This document shows, piece after piece, positions 12,545 through 24,767 of a stretch of DNA of 64,000 bases. The stretch is from Raillietiella orientalis (lineage: Eukaryota): assembly GCA_036172245.1 (NCBI GenBank), contig JAYWIR010000016.1, positions 1,488,001 through 1,552,000 on the forward strand, in the 5' to 3' direction. How positions within the stretch are numbered: the first letter of the stretch is position 1; the number at the start of each line of letters is the position of its first letter. The notes under the pieces are model-generated. The model was not told the DNA's origin and ran no database searches. It saw only the letters and a list, made by a program, of their open reading frames with translations. The position numbers were made by a program, and so were the translations under genes.

Positions 12545-13000
12545 GATGCGATCCATACATTAACTTTATTCCTGGCTACGTGACAGTGATATATTGAAAA
12601 CCGGCGGATACTGCACGTGGAAGTGCAAGCATTCACAATATTTTGGCTTACACGCATCCGGTGACAGAAAAAAAATAAACGCTGGCATACAAGACTCTCG
12701 TGAGCTCTTGAGGTATCCATTTCGTGGTCGCAATGTTCCCCAAAACTTGATCCACAGGGCAAAGCATGGGCTGCATGCGCGTGTTTCACAAAAAGTCATC
12801 ATCGACCTCCCGTGCTCCGCACCCTTTCCTTTTTGAAATTGTATGTAAGCCGATACTCGATATTTTTCCTTCAGTGCTTCGTGATTTTCTTCGTCTTTTC
12901 CGAACGAGGTCGTTCACACTTGATCTGATCATGCGTCAATTCGTTGAGGGATGCTTGCCGGTAGGGAAACACGCCAGGAGCGATAAGGAAGAAAAGATTA
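12545..13000 (-). mobile_element. Highly degenerate RLE-domain 3' end of a non-LTR retrotransposon
   Basis: Minus-strand fragments in RLE order: SFGKDEENHEALKEKY, FWGTLRPRN, IVNACTSTCSIRRFSIYHCHV. Compare the clearer copy at 690-1130. Confidence 0.4.
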
Positions 13001-13261
13001 TCGGCTGTTCCGATTAAGTCAACGTTGGCTGCTGTCCAAGCCTTCATTAGCACTTCGCGGAACTGCCAAGTTCCGTGCATTTGGTGAAATTTATTTTCGT
13101 GAATACGAGCCCCATAAGCAGGCTGTAATCACTTGAGACACAGAGGATTGCTGGTGGCATTGCCATAAGCACGCGACCGCTAATCTTTGTGACAATTATC
13201 AAATGATTTTAATTAATGCTTTGTGCGAATCACATCTGCCATTTGTACTAAGGAGCCAAAA

Positions 13262-13523
13262 TGTAAATGTTTAATTTCCGGTTTGGTTTCTGAATGCTCT
13301 TCAACTTTTCCTATATTAGGATGCCATTCCTCTGTCGCCATACCTTATTCTATCCATCCGTATGAGAAAGAACATAACATGTGCAAAAATAGTAACTGGC
13401 AGGTTTCAAAAAACAGGCATATGTTTTCCTTTTTTGAGCTACCGCAGCAATATAAACTTTGAAGGTTTTTACTCAGCCTTTGCCTGTGAATCCCAGTTAG
13501 TGCTAGTAAATTCGATAAGTTAC
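13262..13523 (+). repeat. 262-bp inverted duplication, arm 1 (probable donor)
   Basis: TGTAAATGTTTAATTTCCGG...TTCGATAAGTTAC is the near-identical reverse complement of 14861-15122, with only a handful of differences. The ORF track shows the same peptide KIVTGRFQKTGICFPFLSY on opposite strands. Confidence 0.92.
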
Positions 13524-14761
13524 AGAATGAAGGTTTTCATAACTATGTAAAAAAAAAAAAATCAGATTGCTAGCACAGTTTTTTCATGGACAAGATAATA
13601 TATGATAACAAGATATAAGTGAAGACAAATATGCATTTGAATCACATCAGAATAGAAACCGAACTCTTTCCTTAGTTTAAAGGTCTTGTTTCAAGGAACC
13701 ATTAATGAATTTTCAACGCATTTCCACAAACGTTCTTTTTGCAAAAACTCCCTTGGTATCCCAGAAAAACGAAAAATTCCTTCTTCTTTAGACATTTATT
13801 CCTGCACATGCTAAAAGTTATGAAATGATTTTGAAAGAATGACGTGATAAATTCAGCTGTCAATAACAGACGGAGCTTATAGGCTACTGAGGAAGAAGGG
13901 TTAAGATCACAGAGCTGTCGAGAGAGGCAACAGAAAAACTATGAAAAGCAAATAACGGTTACTTCTGCACGAGGGCAATCAGATAGTGTTCAATGCAGTC
14001 TTTACTGCACTGAACACTAGAGCACTTGTTCACCAAAAGACACGAAAATAAATTTTTAACATTTGTAACCAGGGAAGAAAAGTACATAAGCTACCCTTCA
14101 ACTATTTATGCAGGATCTTACAAAGGATCATCTAGTAGTTTGTGTGGTCTCAGAAGATCTAAGAGAGGATCTTCTGAAATCTTCTCAGGAGAAGAGATCT
14201 CCTTTGCCGCTCGTAAGCACCAATATTAATGAAATTTGAGTGTTTCCAAGTGAATCCAGTCGAGGTGGCATTTCAGCTGGAAGAAAGACCGTGGTAGTCT
14301 TGACTGCTGACGATAACGGGTGGGAGCTCCCAGAGAGGTGTGCGTGTGTGTCTAGTTTTTAACACCTTCTATGGATTGCCTGACCACAGCATGGTGGGGG
14401 TTCTGGATTCTGCTATGCTTCAAGATCTCTCCATTTTTCTTCTCAAACTCCAAATTTTGCCCAATTGCTCTCTGAATCATCTTTTACCTCTACCCGGTAC
14501 TACATTAATTTTTTTGGCTCGCCTAGGATGGAGGCACCTATTGTCGCATACTGGTCCTCTTCTGGTTCGGTACGTTGACCCTCGGTTGCTTGGCACTACA
14601 CATTGACTACTCTTATTAAGCCTCTGCGCTGCAATTCCGGACATGAACGACCTCAGAGCTGCTTGTGGCAAGCCCTCATTGACAATCACAATCTGAACTC
14701 TCCATGTGTGTTGTGAGTGGTCACGAATGTTCATGAGGTTTATCACCCGCTCACACCGGCA

Positions 14762-16335
14762 CGTTTATTATAAAAAATAAACGTATATGTATAGGGCCAT
14801 CGGCCCTACATAGTCCGAAAATGCTTGGAAGCTGCTGAGTAACCGGCACGCACACCGGCAGTAACCTATCGAATTTACTAGCACTAACTGGGATTCACAG
14901 GCAAAAGCTGAGTAAAAACTTTCAAAGTTTATATTGCTGTGGTAGCTCAAAAAAGGAAAACATATGCCTGTTTTTTGAAACCTGCCAGTTACTATTTTGC
15001 ACATGTTATGTTCTTTCTCATACGGATGGATAGAATAAGGTATGGCAACAGAGGAATGGCATCCTAATATAGGAAAAGCTGCAAGAGCATTCAGAAACCA
15101 AACCGGAAATTAAACATTTACACTTCGGCAGCGAAGGGGGAGGGGGCAAACAAAAATAAAACAAAAAAAATATATACAAAAAATTGGGAGAGTTAGATAG
15201 GGATCATTGTCCGCTGGAAGGCGCCCTCTGAATCCTTTCCAGGATGCTGGCAAGTTCCATCAGAATATGCCACAAATAGGGCCATCTTGCTGCCGTCCTC
15301 ATGAAGCGCAGGGAGTAGCAAATAGCGTCCCTACTGCGCAGTCCTCCTCTCGCATAGCTTCAGGCCTCCGCCAGAATCCCGCGTAGGCAGCAAAGAGCTG
15401 CTAGGGATGCGGCAGGAGAAAGGGCATCGCGCACGAAGAGGCGCTTTATCACGTCCCTGGAATTGTCCGTTGGTGCACCAAGGCCGTTGCGCAACGCACC
15501 CACGGGGGCCGGAGGGCCACACAGTCTACAAGAAGGTGCGGAAGGACTTCCATTCCCCCCACCTGCAACAGTTGGGGTGCACAGTCCACTGGGTCCGGTG
15601 AGACCGGCGGGCGTTGCACGGGATACCCCAGTGCAAAAGCAAAAGTGCCGACTCCTGCCACTTCAGGGGGAGGGCCCGGTTGTTCTTCAGATCTGAAGAC
15701 CACTTGAGGCTCTTCTGTAGGATTCCCAGCAGATCAACTCAGCGCAATAGTTCTCTCGGTGGGTCACTTGGGGTCGCAGCGTCCGTGAGCTGGCCCGCGG
15801 TCCAGCCACTTAATTCCTTGGTTCTACCGCCGATCTCACATCGGACCTCACATTTGACCGGCTGGTTACTGCCCAAGTGCTCCCTGAGAGAGGGCAGTGC
15901 CGCGGCTAGGGAGGTTCTTTGCACCCACGTACGATGCCGTCCTGCCGCGAGCGGTTGTTGTAGGAGTGCAGCAGTCGCTGTTGCATCTCCGGGCTCGCCT
16001 CGTTGTTACTGGCCTACGAGCAAACGATTTCCTGCAACCAGACACTACCGTTCTCAGGCCGGTAGAAGATCCAGTTGTTGGTCCTGGTCAGCTTGGACAG
16101 TCCGCAGCTGGACACGTTGCGTCTGCGCCGCCGCGCCAGACAGTGACAGTTCCGCGTAACCGCTGGCTCGCTTGACCAGGTATTGTGCAGGCTCGCACCA
16201 GTTTGTGCTCCAAAACTTCGCCACTAGGGCGAGTGTCCTCGACCGGAGCTGCCGCTCCAGGAGCTCCGCCGTCAGGAGGCCGAGGTCTCCGTCGCGATGC
16301 GGAGCGCACAAATCCTTCAGGCAGACTCGAGGTCT
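14762..16335 (-). mobile_element. 5'-truncated Tx1/L1-clade non-LTR retrotransposon (post-RT region, zf-RVT/CCHC, 3' UTR)
   Basis: RVCLKDLCAPHRDGDLGL (L..P...GGLGL motif), ALPLKWQESALLLLHWGIP and PNCCRW/..EVLPHLLVDC...W (zf-RVT-like). T-rich 3' UTR at 15150-15185 and AATAAA near 14764-14769. The 3' boundary is inferred. Confidence 0.65.
14861..15122 (-). repeat. 262-bp inverted duplication, arm 2 (probably inserted in the retroelement 3' UTR)
   Basis: Reverse complement of 13262-13523. Flanked on the minus strand by CTGCCG-containing sequence on both sides. Confidence 0.92.
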
Positions 16336-16439
16336 CTTTGTGCCCACAGGGCGATTCTCAGGCCCTTCGCCCGACTCTTCATACTGCTCGGGGGGGGGGA
16401 ACAAAAAGAAGGACGCGGAAGAGGGGAACCACGAGCGTG

Positions 16440-17150
16440 TTTCACACCGGTTCCATGCCACCCGAGGGTGGGTAATTCTTCAAGGTAGAGGTTACCCGGG
16501 GAGGCGTCGGCCCTATGAATCCAATAAGGACTCGGAGTCCGTCCCTCTCACGCCTGGGGAGGGATCCTCGGGAATGGAGATCACCTCCACCCTGGTTGTC
16601 TCCGAAGGGGAATCCAGAAGGGGAATCCTCCTTCCTTATTCTCTCCGAAGAGACCCTCGGAGGGGCCCGCTCCATTCTTTCTTCTCTGAAGGGAACTCGG
16701 AAAGGATCCAATCCTGAAATTTCTTCTCCGGAGGGATTCGCTCCTGTTTTTACTCCTATGAAGAGAATCCAGAAGGGACGCTTCCGAAATTCAGAAGGAC
16801 GCAGCTTCCCCGGAGGGATCGGCTCGCGTCTCTTCACTCTCTGGAGAGGTGGTGGCAACGCTCCTACCCTATCAGTACGACGCGGAGGGTCCCTCGGAAT
16901 GGGGGATCCTCTCCTTTACAGCCAGAGGGGAGCTCCCACTCCGTGATTCTTGGAAGGACCCGGAGGTCGACTTCCATTTGTCTCGGCCCTAATCGGGGGC
17001 ATCCGGTTTGAAACGCTACCAATGCCGCACCCGGATGAATGCAGGCCAGCGAGAGTCATCCTATGGGGTGAACTCGGAACCCACGACGCACTGAGTCGAT
17101 TCCTTCGGAGTATTCGAACCCACAACGCATGGTGCCATGCGCGGTGACCA
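16440..17150 (+). repeat. Unclassified interspersed repeat family, copy A
   Basis: Shares GTAATTCTTCA.G...CCCTATGAATCCA..AAGG.CTCGGAGTCCG...CTGGTTGTCT.CGAAGGG, internal ~40-nt CCGAAGGGAA subrepeats and GGTCGACT.CC...ACGACGCA...GTATTCGA.CCCAC with the other copies. Confidence 0.75.
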
Positions 17151-18124
17151 CTGTAACCACACGACCTCCGACGCGGACCGTTCCGGAAAGAGAAACTCGC
17201 CATCCTGGAACGGGCCGATCGCCGACCGTGCCTTCTGGAGCCAGTGGACCACACCTCTGCCGGAGAATAGTCCCCCATGAGTGGTCGTGAGTGGTCTCCA
17301 GCAGTCAACCATGCCTTGCCAATGCAGATCTGTGTAACGGATCTGAAAGTAATAAAGACATGGGGCGATGCGAAGACGCGCAATGGTCTTCATAGTGAGA
17401 CCATCCCTTCTTACCAAGGCTGAAGAATTTCTAATGGTTAACTCTGTTTGAGAAGCGTCTGACATTTGCTTTTCTCCGTCTTCTTCGTTGCCAAGGTGTC
17501 AGCAGATCGAGCGTTGCGGAGCAGTGCACGATTCGGGTTGCAAACTTCTCCGCAATGCCCGTGAAGGAAAAGGGACCTCAGATGGGCGGTGAGGAGCCAT
17601 GCACCAAGTACCGTGACCTACTGGGGAGCCCCACCTCTCGATCCCAGCAACATAGCGGCAGCGACAATGTCGGGGCAACGCCATTTCTTTTCTCCTTCCT
17701 ATCCCCTTCCCTCCGCTGATTTCCTCTCGTTGCCGGAGCTCACATGGGAGCTCGACTCTCATCACTTCTCTTCGGTTGGGAACTTCATTCTCAAGAACGG
17801 TGAGCACCTCTGAAGTCTGCTGGGTGGAGGTACCCAGCAGACTTTGGTTTCCGATGCTCCAACTAGAGAGAGAGTCGCAGGGAGACCAGGGACTACATGC
17901 GTGCGAGTCCGAGGAGCACCATTGAAGGAAGACGAAGTACCTCTGTGCAGAAGCGATGACCAAAACTGGAGGTGGCTTCGGGTATCCGTTGGAGGTATAC
18001 ACCAGCACCCCCTGTAGGGCTATTGGTCTCCTACTCTTTGGACCATTAGCCCTGCATCGCGCAGGCCAGCAGCTCATCAATTCAATGAGTGGCAACAGCG
18101 GCGAACATTGCTCTGGTGCCAGAG

Positions 18125-18370
18125 GAGAGGGAAGAGGAAAAATATGGAAAAATTTCTCTGGAAGGAGAGTCCTTCCGGAAGGATCACTCAGCAGGGAACC
18201 TTTCGTGGAAGAGGAAGAAGGGAGGAAGGGATGGTGAAGATGATGAAGAGGAAGGGAAGATGAAGAGGAAAGAATGAGGAGAAAGGGAGGGAGATGAAGA
18301 GGAAGGGAGATGGAGGAAGGAAGGATGAGGATGAGGAGCGAAAGAATGGATGGAGGTGAGGGGTAGGGGA
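18125..18370 (+). repeat. Purine-rich (GA) low-complexity tract
   Basis: GAGGAAGAAGGGAGGAAGGGATG... almost entirely A/G. Confidence 0.7.
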
Positions 18371-18564
18371 AGCATGCAGTGACTGCACGAGGAGAGGCAA
18401 CAAGGAACCAAAGACGAGAAAATAAAGCGAGCTGGGAGCTTCCCAGCCAACGCGAACACAGGGAGGAATCACCAGCATAAGAGCCACTCAACAGAAAAGG
18501 AAAAAGCCCATTCTGATTTCGAAGACCATGGGGGCTCTTGGCATCCCGTCAATCCAGCACCCAC

Positions 18565-18742
18565 TAACAAAAATGACTCAAATAGGATTTCTCAAAACGT
18601 CATCATACCGCCATAATAAGAACCAGGACTCATGGAAAATTACGAAACGATCGTTCCCGATCCATTCCATGCCAAAATGATACTCACCATCCTCCCACTC
18701 ATAATTAATGACAGCATTCCTACCACAAATCAAAACACCACA
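18565..18742 (-). pseudogene. Probable NUMT fragment of mitochondrial nad5
   Basis: G+T-rich minus strand. In the invertebrate mitochondrial code it reads VFWFVVGMLSLIMSGSMVSIILAWNGSG and, after frameshifts, SYYGGMMTF(L)SN.I. Compare ND5 FVLSM..LI.S......LGWDGLG...S..GGM.T.LSNRIGD. Confidence 0.55.
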
Positions 18743-20639
18743 TGCACAAGATACCTCCTTCGATCCAGATCTTCAGAGCCCGCAGAATCCGAGGGCGCGG
18801 TTTCCTAGGGGGCCCTGACAAAGCAGCGGAAAGAGCGGTATTTCGACACGGGCGTCGAGATTCAGGCACAGACGACGACCTGGTCCGAGATCTTGCTGCT
18901 CTTGGAACAAGGGCTGGAGACGTGGGAGGAGAACCGGGAGCTGTTGGGACGGGAGCAACGGGGAATAGGGGGAGCGTGTGGCTATCGAAACGGGACGGGG
19001 CCCTTTTCTCCAGAGCGCCTGCATCCTGCCTAGTCTTCCGTTGCCTCTAGGAAGAGAAAGAGGCCTCCTCGCGAAAAGGCGAAATGCGGTCTCCCTCAGA
19101 ATCTGGAGTCCAGCGCGGCTGGATCTCCGTCGCTCGTGCCAAGATTTCTCACCCAGTCACGCTATTCTATGTAGGCATTCTATGTAGATTATACAAAATA
19201 AACCAGTTGCGACTCGTGCCGAGATCGAGCATCCAGTTGGCGGTGGACTCGCTAGGGAGTAGGAGGTGCCGTCCGAGCTTCCTGTTCCGAGCGAGGATGG
19301 ACACGCAGGTCAGAGAACCTCGAAGGACTCTGTTGGAAGACTTGAAATCGGGATAGCATCTCCGGATGCACATCCGAAGATGTCCATCTGACGAGATGCT
19401 GTCCCAACTGTCTCAGTCATTAGTAAATCTCCTTCCAATCCGCTCTGAATCCACCCGAAGACGCGATGCCAATCTTTCGGATGTCTCGTCTACCCTGATC
19501 CAGTTCCTGCCCATTCCATTTCTATACGGGTTTGTCCCAAGGTGCGCCCTGCGCAAACTGCGGTTTCTTCCTCGCTCCTTTCGCGATTCGCTGCATCCGC
19601 CAAGTGCTGCTCACGCTGATGATGCTTTCATGCGATTCCCAGGGCGCTTGGAAAGAAGCGCTGAGGTTTTCAGAGCGGACAGGAAGCTACTGGTCGCGGC
19701 ACTTCTTGCAGAAGACTCCACGCCACCCATGACTTGGACAGAATGCCCGACGGATGTCTCGGTGTTTGGGAGGCTCACCACCGTGCACCCCGCGAGATCT
19801 GCACACGTGAGAGTGATGCATGCTGCCACTCTGGGTAATGCACTTCCCTTCAAGGGAGTTGGCGGCCCGGATTAGGGCTTCCCGTTCGAGGGGCTCTCCC
19901 TGGACGAGAGTCCAGGTAGCGTGCGATGGCACAAATCGAACTCCTCAGGGAACAGAAAGCGGAACAGAAGCACCCGACGCACCTCAAGCAGCAAGCAGAT
20001 CGGATCCTTCCCACGGTCTCGAACGTTCGAGGAGGAGGAAGAGGAAAGCGCAATTACCAGGAGCGTGATCGTGGAAGGCCGCTCCTTCGTCAAGAACCTT
20101 CTCGACCGACCAGCTCCGGGAAGATGGGGCTGGGAAGGAGAGAGAAAGTGATGCTGATCTTACTATCGGTGCCTGAGGTGGGCGCGAGAAGGCCACTACG
20201 CATCCTGGTTGAAACGCGCGTGGCGTCTTCGTCTCTGTACCAGGAGGCACGATGACCTGATGTATAGAGTCTCGAAGGCGATGCGTGGATGGCGAGAAAT
20301 CTTGACCTGCAACCCTAAGACCTCCATCTCAGGCACCGGCGGCGAGTCACATTTCTGGTGCGATGTGACTCGCCTTCAGAAAAGAAACCAAGTCACCACG
20401 CTTCGACTCATGCGCTGTACTCGTTCCTCCACAGTAGGGCCCGTCCCGTGCTCGACGAGTCGGCTGGGTCTGGTGTGTAAGTTGCGGATCGAACATGCAG
20501 ATTGTAGACAACGTGCGCTGATCTGCGAGTGCAGCCAAAGGTCACACCTGGAGTGAACTTACTTTTGCGATTTGACCGCATCCTCGGAGAAGGGAACCCG
20601 CGAGAAGACCCGCGTCGGAGGTTTTGTGGTTAAGGCTCC

Positions 20640-21600
20640 CACGCGTGGTACCATGCGTCGTGGGATCGAATACTCTCGAAGAAACTGATGCCACTGCGTC
20701 GTTGGATTCCGAGCTTCTCCTGCAATGGCGCTAATTGGCCGAGACATTCGGGCGTGGCAGCCGGAGGCCCCCGATGAAGGCCGGAACAATGGGAGTCGAC
20801 CTTCGGGTCCTCCCAGGAATCAAGGAGTGGGAAGTTCCCCCTCCGGTCGTACAACGGAGAACTGCCCCCCACACCGGGGGACCCCTCCGGTTCAAGATGG
20901 ACCAGGAGCCTTCACAGACACCTCTCCAGTTGTTTAAAGGAGCAGACCCCCCCCTCCTGTTGCGATGGGGACTCTCCGAGTCTCCGCCTCTTCGAGAGTG
21001 CAAGGAAGCAAGCGAGAGAGATTCCCCGCGGGAAGCTGCAGCGCCCCTTCTGAGTTTCGGAAGTGTCCTTTCGGAGTTCTCTTCAGAGAAGTGAACAGGA
21101 GCGGATCTATTGAGGGTTCCCTCCGGTGAAGAAATTCCTACTAGCGGATCCTTTCCGGGTTCCCTTCGGAGAAAATGAAATGGAGAGGACTACCCTCCCC
21201 ATTAGGAGGTGTCCCTCCGGAGAGAATGAGGAAGGAGATTCCCTTCGAGGTTCCCCTTCGAAGACAACCAGAATGGGAGGTGCGATCTCCCTCTCCGAGG
21301 GGGATCCCTCCCCAAGCGTGAGAGGAACGGACTCCGAGCCTTTCCTGGATTCATAGGGCAGACCCTCCGTCCCGGGGTGCCTCCTATCCTGAAGAATTAC
21401 ACGCCCCCCTGCGGGTTGCCGCAGGTGGAGTGGCGTGGAAAAAAAACATGTGTTTAATGTTTAAAAAGAGCCACGTGCGGCGCGAGGCACGCGACCATCT
21501 CTTGAGGTGCTTAGCGAACCAAAAAAAAGAAAACCCGAAAGAAAAAAGCGGGAAGGAAAACAGCGAAGACAGAAGAAAAATAACCCAAGGATTTCCATCA
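20640..21600 (-). repeat. Unclassified interspersed repeat family, copy B (longest)
   Basis: Reverse complement aligns by eye with 16440-17150. Its 21465-21580 part aligns with 55610-55700 (TCTGTCTT.GCTGTTTTCCTTCC...TTTTGGTTCGCT.AG.AC.TCAAGAG). Confidence 0.75.
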
Positions 21601-21639
21601 TCTTGAAGATGCGAAGGCGTGTCGCCCGTTCAAAAGCGT

Positions 21640-23750
21640 ACCGGCAGCGTGCAAGAAGATGCGAGCAAGATTTATCCATGCTTGTATTTTACAACTGCTG
21701 TGCCGGACGGTGCCGATGGCCGGTGACCATGGGAGCCGGCTGCCCTCCCCGCTACTCGAGACTGCGGTCTCTCAAGGGTGTTCCTCTGTCCCGGACGGTA
21801 GTCCGACCGATGCCCCCAGTGGTATACCCGCGAGCGGCGGCGGCAGATCTTGGAGGACGCGCTGTCTGCTTGATCAGGGATCTTCCGATGACTTCTCTGC
21901 GTGACGGAACCGGCGGCCCCAGTGGTCCTACGACGACGGCCCTGGGTGTGTTCCGGCACTCCTCGGTGTCCTCTGCTCCTGCCCTCCTTCATTCACCTTG
22001 CCTCCTCTGCTGTGCCAGCAGAGGATTCGCAGGGATGGAGACGACGTCCGCCTTTTTCCGCCTCCCTCGAACCCTAGACCCGGGCGAGGTCATGGAATGC
22101 CTACCGGGAAGGAGCTGATCGGAGGCCGCCATTTTCCACTTTTCCAGCGCCTCTCCCTCGCTTCAGTCTGCCAGTCCGGTAGTCATCTCCCCGTTTCGTG
22201 GATGAGGACGTGGTCAAGGGACTCCTCCCACTCCTCACCCCACCCTCCCTACGCGCGCTTACCTTTAGGGAGCTCCCTGGTCATGGACTGCGCTTCCCGG
22301 CACGTCGTCTGCAAGCGCAGAAATGGACAGATCCAACAAGATGAGTTGGACTGGTGGGCGCTGGTTAGAAGCTGGGAGGCGGTGTTCCGGCAGGTGCGCG
22401 AAGGAAAGGATCACGGGCTCCATCCCTTCTGCTCTCAGGAACCCGCGTCCGCTGGCACCTGGATATCCTGGGATCTCGCCAATCGATGCTTCTCTGCAGA
22501 AGCAGCGGCTGCAGGAGCTGGGAGGTCCAGGAGTGCCCTCCGGCTAGCCTTGTTTGCGAGGTCAACGGAGTCAGGAGACAAGGTGCACAAGGTGACGGAG
22601 ACAAGATTAAGGAAGGAAGCAGTATCGTCCAGCATCCATTGGATGTGTACACTCCGGGAAGTCGCCAAGGTGAGGTTGCATATTCCAGGAGCTTCCAGCA
22701 TAGCAAAGGTCGCCTTCAGCAAAACCGTGTCCTTGAAAACGACCGTTTCGCAGCACTGGCAGCGAGATCAAGACGCCGATCGCTTCTTCCCCGGTATCCT
22801 CGGAGACCAGTTGCCCCGCTGACGCGCCAAGGACACAACCAGCTTGTACACCTCCGACCAACCCTACCGCTGCGACCAAGAGCGGATCCATCCCCGGTGC
22901 GACACCGGAAGGTCAGCAAGCCTTGTACAGAAACATCGGAGTGCAACCGAAGAGGCCCGACGCAGAGGCGAAGACGCGCAGCGGTGTCAGCCATCCGGAT
23001 GCGAGTTCGACGAGAGGCGGCGAAGCCCCTCCTCACCACAGAATGCCTTCGCCCCATCTGTCGCGAGGCAGGTCACAGGCAAGGGTTACTGGAAACGACG
23101 GGAAGTGCCGCGAATCCAACCCTTGCATTGCTCAGGAACGAGCGCTTCAGACCACGGACTGTCCCTCGCGCCCCTGGGGAATCCACTAATCGGGTCCAGC
23201 GAATGCTGACTCCTTGAGACTATAGGGGAGCTTCAGAGAAAGTCTGGATTTCGGAAAGGTCAGGGTTTACAGTCGCGGTTCTCGGGAGTTGAAACGAGAG
23301 CTCCCAGGACGCCCTGGTAAGGGAGCCTGCAAGAAGCGAGGCGGAAGAGCTGCTTATTGCCTCTTCCTAGAATCCGGCGGCGTCGGGTTCTTCGGGAGCT
23401 TCCTCGTTGGATCCACAGGTTGTGGCGCCGCCACAGATCAGCACTGCGCCTTCCTCCCTCTCGTCGCCCTTCCGCGTCCAGGTCTGTTGGGCTGCAGATC
23501 TCCCGGAAAGAACGTGCAAGAGAAGACGCAGGCACGGATTGATTTCCGTTCAGCCACCACCTCCATCACTCGGGTCTCCATAGCAGCGCGATCCATCATC
23601 ATCCGGTGCCGTGATGAGCAGAGAGCGCATCCCGTCGGATCTTCCGCCGTGGCCCACACGCGAGACGTGTAGCGCTGACGTGCGCCATCGGCGCTGACTG
23701 ATGGAGGAGATAGCAGCCTCCGCGGTAATTGCGGGCCGCTCCGTCGTCCC
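21640..23750 (-). mobile_element. Degenerate RLE-type non-LTR retrotransposon relic (RT domain)
   Basis: Motif remnants in RT order on the minus strand: ..RRRRILG, DSPG, SEVYKLVVSLA, QCCE, LTLATSRSVHIQWML (cf. LDLANAFGSVPH), ISALADDV (cf. YADD), LAGIPLG, SRL.PW. Confidence 0.6.
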
Positions 23751-24681
23751 CGGCAACGCGGGAGGAGCGGGCATCCCTCGCGATCCCTGAGAGTGTCAGC
23801 TCGGCTGCCATCGCGAGGAGGCGCCACCCTCATTACGCCCCTGGCTGGGCTGCAATTATCCGGGAGATTCCTCGAGGGAAGTTCCCGTCGCTGCTGTGCC
23901 ACGCAACGTGCCATTAGAGGGGGTGGGGGGGAGAGGAGATCATTTCAGACCGCACCCCCGGCCGGGATAAAAGGGCTGCCGGCATCGGACGTCAGTCATC
24001 CCAGCGACCGAGCGGTATGCGACGCGGCACCCACCGGAGGAGCGGGGAAGACTTCCCGGGAGGTGGCGGATCGACCTCCGGGAACACACTCGTGCACGCA
24101 GCGCTCCTGGAAGGGCTCCTGTGCCGGCGGCGGGAGCGCGCGCCCGCGGACGAGGGCGAGCTGCCCGCCAGGATGGAGGGCGCTCGTGCGGAGGAGGAGG
24201 ACCCAGATGCGGCCAGGCAGCAGCACATCCTGCTTCTCGGTGAGACTTTTCGATTCCCAAAGAGGCCTGGGGGTCCAGTCCGTGCTTCTCGGGAGGAGAC
24301 TTTTGCCCGGAGCAACAGACTGGTGGCGGCGGCAACCCGCTCCCACAGCGTGCAGCAACGCCGGTTCCCGTTGCCTGCGTTCGGAAAGTCCTCGGACGCA
24401 GTTCGCTGGGCGATCCGCAGGAGGATCTCGGGATGTAGCACCGGCGACGTCGCGGGCCGCTCGCTCTTCCTCACCCTCCGCGCTCAGTCTTGCGTTTTCG
24501 CTCCCTTCGGGAAGAAGAACGGGGGAGAATCGCCTCCTTCCCTTGGGGCAAGGCGTGGATCGCTCCACCCCCTCCCGACACCACATGCGTTCCTCCGCTC
24601 CTCGCCGAGAGCCCTCTAGGATTCACCCGTTCGGGCGCGCAGGGCGGCGCGTGCACCTCATCATCTGTTTCCCCATTCCAG

Positions 24682-24767
24682 AGAAGGTCCAGAACCAAGG
24701 GAGGAGTGCGTTCAGGAGGCCACCGTTTCCTAGCGACGGTGCATTCATAACCGAGAAGGAAGCCAAG
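24682..24767 (+). CDS. MINDY4B: MINDY4B-like exon (first identified)
   Basis: ttccag|AG AAG GTC...KVQNQGRSAFRRPPFPSDGAFITEKEAK|gtacgg. The phase-0 join gives ITEKEAK-ELRLVCFG (cf. MINDY4 IDLSVAKEIKTLLFG). The acceptor is less certain than the donor. Confidence 0.65.

Noticed and set aside
12916..12927. AGATCAAGTGT, U2-like on the minus strand
   Set aside because: Only 11 nt; expected by chance.
16600..16790. Internal subrepeats as a CRISPR-like array
   Set aside because: Eukaryotic context, degenerate units, no unique spacers and no cas genes.
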